Shown here: positions 44,863 through 52,942 of the stretch, one piece after another
How the letters are laid out: each line of letters begins with the position of its first letter
Numbering within the stretch: position 1 is the stretch's first letter
NCBI GenBank assembly: GCA_046351235.1
Contig: JAXLYV010000014.1
Coordinates: forward strand, 2,453 to 66,452
DNA from: Sandaracinus sp.
GTDB lineage: Bacteria; Myxococcota_A; Polyangia; Polyangiales; Sandaracinaceae
DNA: 64,000 bases
Reading direction: 5' to 3'
Translations under genes and position numbers: made by a program
Notes under the pieces: model-generated
Told to the model about the DNA's origin: nothing
The model's database searches: none
Seen by the model: the letters and a program-made list of their open reading frames with translations, nothing else

Positions 44863-45695
44863 GCGAGCCGATGCTCGAAGGCTGGGAAGACCCGCGCAAG
44901 GCGCTCGCGCGGCATGGCCTGCGCCCGAAGAAGGCGTTCTCGCAGAACTTCCTCGTGGCCCGCAGCGTCGTCGAGGCGATCGCCGACGCGGCGGTACCGG
45001 CGGCGGGCGCGCGCGTCGTCGAGCTCGGGCCGGGCGTCGGCACGCTCACGCGGGCGCTGCTCGCGCGCGGCGCGCGGGTGACGGCGGTCGAGCGCGACCG
45101 CGACATGATCGCGGTGCTGGCCGCCGATTTCGCCGCGCAGCCGCTCCAGGTGATCGAGGCCGATGCCGCGCAGATCGATCTCTCGGCGCTCGCCGAGGAA
45201 GGCGGGCCCTACGCGCTCGCCGGGAACCTGCCGTACGCCGCGACCGGCGCGATCCTGACGAACCTCGGCAAGCACCGGCGCGCGCTCACCCACGCCGTGC
45301 TGATGATCCAGAAGGAAGTGCGCGATCGCCTGCTCGCCTCTCCCGGGACGAAGGAGTGGGGCATGCCGAGCGTCTTCGTGCAGGCGGCCTTCGAGGTGCG
45401 GCCCGTGCTGCGCGTCCCGGCGGGCGCGTTCCATCCGGCGCCCAAGGTCGACAGCGCGGTCGTGCGCCTCGTGCCTCGGGCGGTGCCGCGCGCCGAGGAG
45501 ACGCCCGCCTTCGTGCGCGTCGTGCACGCCGGGTTCGGCATGCGCCGCAAGACGCTGCGCAACGCGCTCACGCGCGAGATCGACGCGGCGCGCGTCGACG
45601 CGGCGCTCGCCGCGACCGGGATCGACGGGATGCGCCGCGCCGAGACGCTCGCGATCGAGGAGCTCGCCGCGCTCGCCGCGGCGATCGGCGACTGA
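44859..45695 (+). CDS. rsmA: 16S rRNA (adenine1518/1519-N6)-dimethyltransferase
   Basis: PKKAFSQNFLV, VVELGPGVGTLT, GNLPYAATGAI, FHPAPKVDSAVVRL. The ATG overlaps the DUF58 stop (ATGA at 44859-44862). Confidence 0.9.
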   Translation: MSEPMLEGWEDPRKALARHGLRPKKAFSQNFLVARSVVEAIADAAVPAAGARVVELGPGVGTLTRALLARGARVTAVERDRDMIAVLAADFAAQPLQVIEADAAQIDLSALAEEGGPYALAGNLPYAATGAILTNLGKHRRALTHAVLMIQKEVRDRLLASPGTKEWGMPSVFVQAAFEVRPVLRVPAGAFHPAPKVDSAVVRLVPRAVPRAEETPAFVRVVHAGFGMRRKTLRNALTREIDAARVDAALAATGIDGMRRAETLAIEELAALAAAIGD

Positions 45696-45775
45696 GAGGG
45701 TGACAGGAAACCTGTCGCCCTCTCTCGCGGAGCGATACGAGGAGGAGGCTCCATCGGGATTCACTCCCGATGGAG
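45694..45775. terminator. Two strong hairpins in the convergent intergenic region
   Basis: The first, at 45694-45724, is GAGAGGGTGACAGG-aaa-CCTGTCGCCCTCTC (14-bp stem with one G.U pair). The second, at 45749-45775, is CTCCATCGGGA-ttcac-TCCCGATGGAG (perfect 11-bp stem). Confidence 0.45.
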
Positions 45776-45840
45776 GGGGCCGCGTATCGGCCCCCGAGGA
45801 CTGAGCGCCTCGCTCGCGCCCGTTCGGGAGCGTCCCTCGA

Positions 45841-46338
45841 TCAGCCGCCGCGCGCGGCCACGAGCTCGCGGATCGACTGCGCGAGATCCCCCCACCAGAG
45901 GCCCATCCGGCGCACGAACGCGCTCGGCGCTTCGCCGTGGCGCACCGGATGGTCGGCCCGGATCTTCGACCAGCCGCGGTGCTCGACCGTCACGAGCGTC
46001 GCCTCGCCCGAGGGCCCGATCGCGCGCTCGAAGGTGACCTCGACCTCGGTCGAAGGATCCTCGGCCTCGAAGTTCGCGGCGCGCCACGACACGACGAGGC
46101 GCCGCGGCGGCTCCCACGCGGCGACGACGCCGATCTCGCGCGCGTCCTGCCCGGCCTCCGAGCGCCACGTCTCGCGAAGGCGCCCGCCGACGCCGGGCTC
46201 GAGCGTCATCGTGCTCGGCTCGCGCATCCGGAACTTGCGACCGTGTCGCCACCAGAGATCGATCTCGCGCGTGAACACGTCCCACGCGATCTCGCGCGGC
46301 GCGCCGACGCGCACCGTGACGCTCGCCCGATCGCTCAC
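45841..46338 (-). CDS. SRPBCC / Aha1-like domain protein
   Basis: 165 aa with the pattern typical of AHSA1/SRPBCC proteins encoded next to ArsR regulators (VRVGAPREIAWDVFT...WWG). The GTG start overlaps the ArsR stop. Confidence 0.8.
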   Translation of the reverse strand: MSDRASVTVRVGAPREIAWDVFTREIDLWWRHGRKFRMREPSTMTLEPGVGGRLRETWRSEAGQDAREIGVVAAWEPPRRLVVSWRAANFEAEDPSTEVEVTFERAIGPSGEATLVTVEHRGWSKIRADHPVRHGEAPSAFVRRMGLWWGDLAQSIRELVAARGG

Positions 46339-46715
46339 GACGCCTTCCTCTTCCGCGCCGGCGCTCGATGGGCCGAAGCGCGTGCTTCGGCGACCTTCTG
46401 GAACGATGCCAGCTGGCTCTCCCAGAAGCCCTGGAGCTCGTCCACGAAGTCACGCACCTCGTCGAAGGGCCCGTGCGCGAGCACGATCTGCGTCGCGCGC
46501 CCGTCGTGCGCGTCGTCCTCGTCCTCGAGGATGCCCGCTTCGCGCAGGATGCGGAGGTGTCGGCTCATCGAGGGCCGGCTCGCGCCGATCGAGTCCGCGA
46601 GCTCGCTCGCGCGCCGCGGCGCCTGGGCCACGTGCTCGACGATCGCCAGGCGGGTGGGATCGGCCAGGGCGAAGAGCACGTCGCTCAGCCGCGCGCGCCG
46701 CGCTGCCGTGCTCAC
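46335..46715 (-). CDS. ArsR/SmtB-family transcriptional regulator
   Basis: VLFALADPTRLAIVEHVAQAPRRASELADSIGASRPSMSRHLRILREAGIL is a winged HTH. The GTG at 46715 overlaps the upstream VOC stop (GTGA). Confidence 0.85.
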   Translation of the reverse strand: MSTAARRARLSDVLFALADPTRLAIVEHVAQAPRRASELADSIGASRPSMSRHLRILREAGILEDEDDAHDGRATQIVLAHGPFDEVRDFVDELQGFWESQLASFQKVAEARASAHRAPARKRKAS

Positions 46716-47173
46716 TTCGAGGCCCCGCCCCGCAGGCGCGTCATGAACCACCAGAGGTGGCCCTCGGGATCGAGCGCGCCGTAGGTGCGATCGGTCCAGT
46801 AGTCGTCGCCGTAGTCGTTCGTCACCGGCTCGCGGAGGATCTTCGCCCCGGCCGCGCGCGCCGTCGCGCAGTGCGCGTCGACGTCGTCCACGAAGAGGCA
46901 CACCGCCTGCGTGCGCGCGCCGCCGAGGTCGAGCGGCGAGCGCTGCTGCGCCTGCCAGGCCTCTTTGTCGGCCTCGGTCGTGCCGGCGGTGTTCACCAGG
47001 AAGAGCGCGTCGCCGTAGCTCATCTCGGAGTGGACGATCGTGCCGCGATCGTCCTCGACCTTCATGCGCAGCTCGAAGCCGAACGCGCGCGCGAGCCAGT
47101 CGAGCGCGGCCTTCGGATCTCGGTAGTAGATGGACTGGGACGCGCGGGGCCAACCAGGGGGCGTGGGCTTCAT
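46712..47173 (-). CDS. VOC (glyoxalase/bleomycin-resistance) family protein
   Basis: Start MKPTPPGW at 47173, with GGAGG 8 nt upstream. VOC-like sequence: ALDWLARAFGFE...IVHSEMSYGDALFLV...DYWTDRTYGALDPEGHLWWF. Confidence 0.85.
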   Translation of the reverse strand: MKPTPPGWPRASQSIYYRDPKAALDWLARAFGFELRMKVEDDRGTIVHSEMSYGDALFLVNTAGTTEADKEAWQAQQRSPLDLGGARTQAVCLFVDDVDAHCATARAAGAKILREPVTNDYGDDYWTDRTYGALDPEGHLWWFMTRLRGGASK

Positions 47174-47185
47174 CGGGAACCTCCT

Positions 47186-47217
47186 TCGAAATTGGTTAAC
47201 CGATCTAGAAACCATTG
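47186..47217. promoter_or_regulatory. AT-rich island with imperfect dyad symmetry (candidate ArsR operator/promoter)
   Basis: TTCGAAATTGGTTAACCGATCTAGAAACCATTG is the most AT-rich stretch in this neighbourhood. It contains TGGTT-N12-AACCA and a GGTTAACC palindrome. It lies directly upstream of the VOC-ArsR-SRPBCC operon. Confidence 0.3.
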
Positions 47218-47272
47218 TCCAGTGTGCACATCGCGCCGTGCGAGCGCGCGCGGGCTCGCGTAGAGTCGGCCC

Positions 47273-47767
47273 GTGCGCGCGCGCCTCCTGTTCGCCTCCC
47301 TGCTCGCGCTCGTCGCGGCGAGCGCCGCCGCGCAGACCGCGCGCGTCGATCCGCTCCTCGCCGTGCACGAGACCGATCCGCTCGAGCTCGCGCACGCGGT
47401 GGATCGCCTCGGGGACGCGGCGATCGTCGAGCGCCTCGGCGAGGGCACGCCGATCGCGGTGCGCGCGCTCGCGGTGGCCGCGACGCCCCGCCTGCACCAG
47501 CCGGAGCAGGCGCTGGCGCCGCTCGCGGCGATCGCGCAGGGGCGCGACCCCGACCTCGCCCCGCGTGCGGCCCAGGCGGCGCTGACGATCGCCACCTCGC
47601 TCGACGAGCGCACGCTCGACGCGCACGAGGTGGACCGCGCCGAGCTGACGCCGGCGCGAACGGCGCTCGCGGCGATCGCCGCCGACGCGACGGCGCGCGC
47701 GGATCTGCGGCGGGCAGCCGGCCGTGCCGACGCGGCCCTGGCCGACCTCGGAATCCCGGAGCCGTGA
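47273..47767 (+). CDS. Secreted Ala-rich hypothetical protein (164 aa)
   Basis: GTG start. Signal peptide MRARLLFASLLALVAASAAAQ. GC3-rich frame. No motif recognised. Confidence 0.55.
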   Translation: MRARLLFASLLALVAASAAAQTARVDPLLAVHETDPLELAHAVDRLGDAAIVERLGEGTPIAVRALAVAATPRLHQPEQALAPLAAIAQGRDPDLAPRAAQAALTIATSLDERTLDAHEVDRAELTPARTALAAIAADATARADLRRAAGRADAALADLGIPEP

Positions 47768-47862
47768 GGCCTTCGAGCACCGCGCTTCACAGGGGTGCCA
47801 CGAGATGGCCCCGCCTGGCACAACTCACGGGCGTGGGGAGCCATTTTTCACGCGTTTCCGCG

Positions 47863-47878
47863 TGGCACAGGCGTCGCA
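47863..47878 (+). promoter_or_regulatory. Sigma-54-like -24/-12 element (weaker)
   Basis: TGGCACAggcgTCGCA has GG and GC at canonical spacing. The -12 box is CGC instead of TGC. It lies 50 nt upstream of the ATG at 47928. Confidence 0.4.
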
Positions 47879-47927
47879 AGTGCCCCTCCCGTGCGGCGAC
47901 ATCGGGTCGCCCGTCCGGGAGGGTGCC

Positions 47928-48221
47928 ATGAGCTCGATTCGCTGCGCCGGGTGTGGTCGTCGTTGTCTCGCCGAGGATGCGGTCTGCCTGTTTTGTGGGA
48001 ACGATCCGCGCCTCACCCCGCCGGGCGCCGGGGTCGCGCGCAAGGCGATGACGGCGGCGGGCGCGGTCCTCGCGGCCTCGGCGATCGTGGCGGCGCCGAT
48101 GCTCCTCGCCGCCTGCGGCTGTGGCGGCTGCGGCGCCCCCGGGCCCGGCCCCTCGCAGTATACGGACGCGGGCACGAACGGCGGCGGCGACGCGGGCCCT
48201 CCGCAGCAGCCCGGGCAGTGA
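47928..48221 (+). CDS. Small zinc-ribbon membrane protein (97 aa)
   Basis: The ATG at 47928 is preceded by GGGAGGG. MSSIRCAGCGRRCLAEDAVCLFCG contains a CxxC-N10-CxxC pattern. TM helix AAGAVLAASAIVAAPMLLAAC. Gly/Pro-rich tail. Confidence 0.55.
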   Translation: MSSIRCAGCGRRCLAEDAVCLFCGNDPRLTPPGAGVARKAMTAAGAVLAASAIVAAPMLLAACGCGGCGAPGPGPSQYTDAGTNGGGDAGPPQQPGQ

Positions 48222-48335
48222 CGTGAGGGCGCCAGGCGGGCTGTGAGGTTCGCCTCGCTCGGAGGACCGCGTCTCGCGATCCGTGGCATCCGCGCTCGCG
48301 CGCGGGCGGTTTTCGGTTAGATCTCCGCCCGCCGT

Positions 48336-49688
48336 ATGCGCTACCTGCCCCACACCGAGGCCGAGATCCAAAGCATGCTCCGCACGATCGGAGCTCCCTC
48401 CCTCGACGCGCTCTTCGAGGACGTGCCGCCGGCCTACCGGCTGAACCGCCCGCTCGCGATCGAGCCGGCGCTCGACGAGGCGAGCCTGATGGCGCACCTC
48501 GAGGTGCTCGCGAGCAAGAACGACTCGGCGCGCACGCTCTCGTTCATCGGCGCGGGCCTCTATCACCACCACATCCCGCCGGCCGTCGATCAGCTGCTGC
48601 TCCGCAGCGAGTACTACACGGCGTACACGCCCTACCAGCCCGAGGTCGCGCAGGGGACGCTGCAGGCGATCTACGAGTTCCAGACGATGGTCGCGGAGCT
48701 CTTCGGGATGGAGGTCGCCAACGCGTCGATGTACGACGGCGCGAGCGCAGCGGCCGAGGCCGTGACGATGGCGCGGCGCGTGACGGGCAAGACGCGCGTG
48801 GTGCTGAGCGCGGGCCTGCACCCCGAGTACCGCGAGACGATCGCGACGTACCTGAAGAACATCGACGCCGGCAAGCCCGAGCTCGACATCGTGCGCCTGC
48901 AGGCCGATGGCCGCACGGACCTGGCGGACCTCGAGAACGCGATCACCGACGCGACGGCGGCGGTGCTCGTGGGCTACCCGAACTTCCTCGGCTGCGTGGA
49001 GGACCTCGCGGCGATCCGCGCGCTCGCGACGAAGAAGGGCGCGCTGCTCGTCACGGCGACGGCCGAGCCGTACGCGATGTCCTTGCTCGCGCCGCCCGGC
49101 AAGTACGGCACCGACATCGCGGTCGGCGAGGGCCAGGCGCTCGCGCTGCCGCCCCAGCTCGGCGGCCCGGGCGTGGGCCTCTTCGCGACGAAGAAGGAGC
49201 ACCTGCAGAAGATGCCGGGCCGCCTCGTCGGCGAGACGGTCGATCAGGCGGGCGTGCGCGGCTACGTGCTGACGCTCTCGACGCGCGAGCAGCACATCCG
49301 TCGCGAGAAGGCGACGAGCAACATCTGCACGAACCACGGCCTCGTGGCGCTCGCGTTCACGATCCGCACCTCGATGCTGGGCCGAAAGGGCTTCGACGAG
49401 GTCGGCCGCGCGTGCCTGTCGAAGGCCGAGTACCTCAAGCAGCGCATCGTGGCGACGGGCAAGTACTCGCTGCCCGCGAGCGCGCCGACGTTCAACGAGT
49501 TCGTCGTGCGCCGGAACGAGGGCAAGGCCGCGCCGCTCCTCGCGGCGCTCGGCGCCAAGGGCATCCTCGGCGGCGTGCCGCTCGGGAAGTTCTACGCCGA
49601 TCGCGATCGCGATTTCCTCGTCGCCGTGACCGAGCGCCACGCGAAGGCGGATCTCGATCGCTTCGTCGAGGCGCTCGCGGCGGTCTGA
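48336..49688 (+). CDS. gcvPA: Glycine dehydrogenase (decarboxylating) subunit 1
   Basis: MRYLPHTEAEIQSMLRTIG, FIGAGLYHHHIPPAV, YTAYTPYQPEVAQGTLQAIYEFQT, LSTREQHIRREKATSNICTN. Confidence 0.9.
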   Translation: MRYLPHTEAEIQSMLRTIGAPSLDALFEDVPPAYRLNRPLAIEPALDEASLMAHLEVLASKNDSARTLSFIGAGLYHHHIPPAVDQLLLRSEYYTAYTPYQPEVAQGTLQAIYEFQTMVAELFGMEVANASMYDGASAAAEAVTMARRVTGKTRVVLSAGLHPEYRETIATYLKNIDAGKPELDIVRLQADGRTDLADLENAITDATAAVLVGYPNFLGCVEDLAAIRALATKKGALLVTATAEPYAMSLLAPPGKYGTDIAVGEGQALALPPQLGGPGVGLFATKKEHLQKMPGRLVGETVDQAGVRGYVLTLSTREQHIRREKATSNICTNHGLVALAFTIRTSMLGRKGFDEVGRACLSKAEYLKQRIVATGKYSLPASAPTFNEFVVRRNEGKAAPLLAALGAKGILGGVPLGKFYADRDRDFLVAVTERHAKADLDRFVEALAAV

Positions 49689-49704
49689 TCGCGGAGCGCG
49701 CGCG

Positions 49705-50127
49705 TCACCACTCGCCCACGTTCGGCGCCGACTTCCACGGCTCGGCCGGCGGGAGCGCGCCGCCCTTCTGGAGCAGCTCGACCGACTGTCCGTCGGGGGA
49801 CTTCACGAACGCCATGTGGCCGTCGCGCGGCGGGCGGTGGATCACGTGGCCGCGCTCGGCCAGGCGCGCGCACGTCGCGTAGACGTCGTCCACCTCGAAG
49901 GCGAGGTGACCGAAGAAGCGGCCCGTGGGGTAGGGCTCCTTCTGATCCCAGTTGTAGGTGAGCTCGAGCTCGGCCGGGTCGTCCTCACGATGCGTCGCGA
50001 GGAACACGAGCGTGAAGCGTCCCTGCGCGTTCTCGCGGCGGCGCGTCTCGCGCAGGCCCAGGTCGGTCCAGAACTTCAGCGCGGCGTCGAGGTCGCGCAC
50101 GCGGAGCATCGTGTGCAGGTAGCGCAT
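49705..50127 (-). CDS. gloA: Lactoylglutathione lyase (glyoxalase I)
   Basis: [56 protein letters not shown]. Confidence 0.9.
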   Translation of the reverse strand: MRYLHTMLRVRDLDAALKFWTDLGLRETRRRENAQGRFTLVFLATHREDDPAELELTYNWDQKEPYPTGRFFGHLAFEVDDVYATCARLAERGHVIHRPPRDGHMAFVKSPDGQSVELLQKGGALPPAEPWKSAPNVGEW

Positions 50128-50152
50128 GGCGGGAGCGTACTACGATGCACGC

Positions 50153-50767
50153 ATGGATCTTCCGCCCCCGCCTGGCTCCGCGCTGCGCAACCGCGGCCCG
50201 ATCGCCGACGTCCTCGCGCGCGTGCTCCCCGCCGAGGGCACGGTGCTCGAGATCGCGAGCGGCAGCGGCGCGCACGTGACGCACTTCGCCGAGCGGATGC
50301 CCGCGCTCGCGTTCCAGCCCACCGAGGCCGAGGCGAAGTCGCTCGTGGAGATCGACGAGCGCGCGCGCGCGCGATCGGCCGGCACCGTGCTGCCCGCGAT
50401 CGTCCTCGACGTGCGCGCCTGGCCGTGGCCGATCGCGCGCGCCGACGCGATCGTGTGCATCAACATGATCCACGCCTCGCCCCCCGAGACGCTGCCGGCG
50501 CTGATGCGGGGCGCGGGCGCGCTGCTCGCGCCCGGTGCGCCGCTCGTCACGTACGGCCCCTACAAGATCGACGGCACCCACACGTCGGACAGCAACGTGG
50601 AGTTCGACGCGTGGCTGAAGCGCGAACGGCATCCCTCGTGGGGCGTGCGCGATCTGGAAGCGGTCGTCGCCGAGGCCGACGCGAACGGGCTCTCGCTGGA
50701 GGAGCGCGTCGCGATGCCCGCGAACAACTTCTGCCTCGTGTTCCGGCGCCGCAGCGCGAAGGCATGA
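50153..50767 (+). CDS. DUF938-family SAM-dependent methyltransferase
   Basis: RNRGPIADVL, VLEIASGSGAHVTHFA, INMIHASP, TYGPYKIDGTHTSDSNVEFDAWLK, WGVRDLEAV, MPANNFCLVF. The track start at 50126 shares CATG with the gloA start, so I prefer the ATG at 50153. Confidence 0.8.
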   Translation: MDLPPPPGSALRNRGPIADVLARVLPAEGTVLEIASGSGAHVTHFAERMPALAFQPTEAEAKSLVEIDERARARSAGTVLPAIVLDVRAWPWPIARADAIVCINMIHASPPETLPALMRGAGALLAPGAPLVTYGPYKIDGTHTSDSNVEFDAWLKRERHPSWGVRDLEAVVAEADANGLSLEERVAMPANNFCLVFRRRSAKA

Positions 50768-50778
50768 TACGAAGAGCC

Positions 50779-52020
50779 ATGCGCTCGACGCCCGCTTCCT
50801 TCGCGCTCGCCTTCGTCTCGCTCGCCGCCTGCAGCACGCCGGCTCCGGAGACCCCCGATGCGGCGGCCCCGGACGACGCGGCGATCGATGCGGCGTCGGA
50901 CGATGCGGGCCGGCCCGACACCGGGCCGCGGCAGCCCGATGCCTACGTGCGCGACGCCAGCTTCGCCGACGCGGGGATGACGCGCGCCGACTACGGCAAC
51001 GCGGGCCCCTACGTGGTCGGCAACGTGCACACGACGATGGTCGACCGCACCGGCGACCGCATGCTGCCGGTCGAGATCTGGTACCCGGCCGACGAGAGCG
51101 CGCGAGCAGCGGCGACCACCGGCCAGCCGCTGCTCGCGTTCGAGCAAGGAGGCGCGCACGAGGCCGCGCTCACGGCGCTGCTCGCGTCGGCGCCGGCCTG
51201 CGTGCGCACGACCGTTCACTCGGCGCTCGCCGCGCCCGCCTCGAGCGCCGAGGCCACGTGGCCGGCCGTCGTCTTCTCGCACTGCCACGGCTGCATGCGC
51301 TACGACGTGGCCGAGGTCGCCGAGCGCCTCGCCTCGCACGGCATCGTGGTCGCCGCGCCCGATCACGTCGACGACACGATCTGGGAAGCCGGGAGCCTCC
51401 CCGCGATCGGCCCCGAGTTCCTCGCGGTGCGCGCGAGCGACGTCTCGAGCGTGCTCGATCGTCTGCTCGATCCGACCGCGGCCGAGCTCCCGGCGGATCT
51501 GCGCGGGCACATCGACGGCACGCGCGTGGCGGTGATGGGCCACAGCTACGGCGCGCTCACGACCGGCGCCGCCGTGTCGACCGACGATCGCTTCGCGGCC
51601 GCTCTCGCGATCGCGGCGCCGATCAGCATCTTCGGCCTGCGGCCGGCGGACGTGCACGTGCCCTATCTCTATCTGCTCGCGTCCGAGGACAACAGCATCG
51701 GCGCCGCGGGCAACCGCGTGATCCGGAACGACTACGCAGCGGCGGGCGCGCCCGCGTGGCTCGTCGAGGTCGCCGACGCCGGGCACTGGTCGTTCTCGGA
51801 CATCGCCGGGCTCACCGACGCGTTCGACGCCGGCTGCGGCATGGGCATGCGCCAGGACGCGCCCCACGCCGCGTTCACCTACCTCGACAACGCCGAGGCG
51901 CGCGAGCTCGCCTCCGACGTCGCCGCGGCGTTCTTCGCCATCACGCTGCTCGAGGATCCGGCGGCCGCGAACGAGCTCAGCGCGCTGACGGCGCCGGCCA
52001 CGGTCTCGCTCCACGACTGA
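50779..52020 (+). CDS. Lipoprotein alpha/beta-hydrolase (PAF-acetylhydrolase/lipase-like)
   Basis: Signal and lipobox MRSTPASFALAFVSLAAC. Nucleophile elbow VMGHSYGA. HCHGC is also present. An alternative ATG at 50764 would overlap the upstream stop (ATGA), but it is followed by the rare codons ATA CGA AGA. Confidence 0.8.
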   Translation: MRSTPASFALAFVSLAACSTPAPETPDAAAPDDAAIDAASDDAGRPDTGPRQPDAYVRDASFADAGMTRADYGNAGPYVVGNVHTTMVDRTGDRMLPVEIWYPADESARAAATTGQPLLAFEQGGAHEAALTALLASAPACVRTTVHSALAAPASSAEATWPAVVFSHCHGCMRYDVAEVAERLASHGIVVAAPDHVDDTIWEAGSLPAIGPEFLAVRASDVSSVLDRLLDPTAAELPADLRGHIDGTRVAVMGHSYGALTTGAAVSTDDRFAAALAIAAPISIFGLRPADVHVPYLYLLASEDNSIGAAGNRVIRNDYAAAGAPAWLVEVADAGHWSFSDIAGLTDAFDAGCGMGMRQDAPHAAFTYLDNAEARELASDVAAAFFAITLLEDPAAANELSALTAPATVSLHD

Positions 52021-52238
52021 CGCCACCGCGGAGCACGGCGCGGTCCCCTCACCCACGAGAGTGGGAGAGGGCTAGGGTGAGGGACTGCGCGGCACGCGCC
52101 GCGTCGGTCTCTGCTGCGATCGCGCGGCGCTCTTCGCCCTTCACGTCCTCGGCGCGCCCTCACCTGACCTGGTACGAAAATGAAGGTCGATGTGTCGAGA
52201 TCGCTCGATACCGATCTTGGCTATCGATCAGTGCCCAA

Positions 52239-52907
52239 TCAAGCGAGCGGGCCGGGCATGCGATCGGGGTCGAGCCGCCCTCCGCGGCGCCAGCCGACGC
52301 GCAGCAACCAGGTTCGTGGAGGGGGCAGCGCGCGCTCGCCGGCCGCGCCACCGAGCCACCCATCGAACGACGGTGCCGACGAGAGCGGGTCGAGCCAGCC
52401 CGACACGGGCGGAGCGACGCGGTGCTTACGCGCATTGCAGAGCACGTAGGCGAGCGCGTTGCGCACCTGCCGCGGCGTCCCGAGCGCGCGGTGATGGAAC
52501 CGATCGGCGAAGACCTTGCCGCGGCGGTCGAGCGAGCGGTTGAGCGCACGCGCGAGGCGCACCGCGAGCCCCTGCATCGCGCGGGCGAGCGCGCGTTCAT
52601 CGCGCGTCTCGACGATGAGATGGATGTGGTCGCTCTGCACCGAGTACTCGACGATGCGGCTGCCGAGGCGCGCGCTCGCGCGGTGCAAGCTCGCGAGCAC
52701 CGCGCGGAAGCGCCGACGGCTACGCAGGTTCGCGAGGCCGGCGAGCACCTTCATCGTGACGAGCACCGGCGCTGCGCCGCCGAGCTTGCCGCGCCGTGCG
52801 TGCTTCACGCCGGCGCGTGCGCCACGGGGCTTGCGGCCTGCGCCCGGTCGCGCACCACCGTGGGGCCGGAAGTCGAGAGTCGTTTGGGTCGATCGTCTCG
52901 GTCTCAT
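52239..52907 (-). CDS. REP-associated tyrosine transposase / IS200-like transposase (222 aa)
   Basis: Start MRPRRSTQTTLDF at 52907. HUH motif SDHIHLIV. Catalytic Tyr context NALAYVLCNARKH. Confidence 0.8.
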   Translation of the reverse strand: MRPRRSTQTTLDFRPHGGARPGAGRKPRGARAGVKHARRGKLGGAAPVLVTMKVLAGLANLRSRRRFRAVLASLHRASARLGSRIVEYSVQSDHIHLIVETRDERALARAMQGLAVRLARALNRSLDRRGKVFADRFHHRALGTPRQVRNALAYVLCNARKHRVAPPVSGWLDPLSSAPSFDGWLGGAAGERALPPPRTWLLRVGWRRGGRLDPDRMPGPLA

Positions 52908-52942
52908 TGTCGAGGAGACGCACGGCACCGACGGCGACTGAC

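Noticed and set aside
52046-52083. Hairpin CCCTCACCC-N20-GGGTGAGGG (with an inner CCCAC/GTGGG pair) after the hydrolase gene, considered as part of the RAYT REP family.
   Set aside because: Its sequence is unrelated to the GATTCGGCAC motif that flanks the RAYT gene. It is more simply a terminator or an independent small palindromic element. A genome-wide count would be needed to decide.
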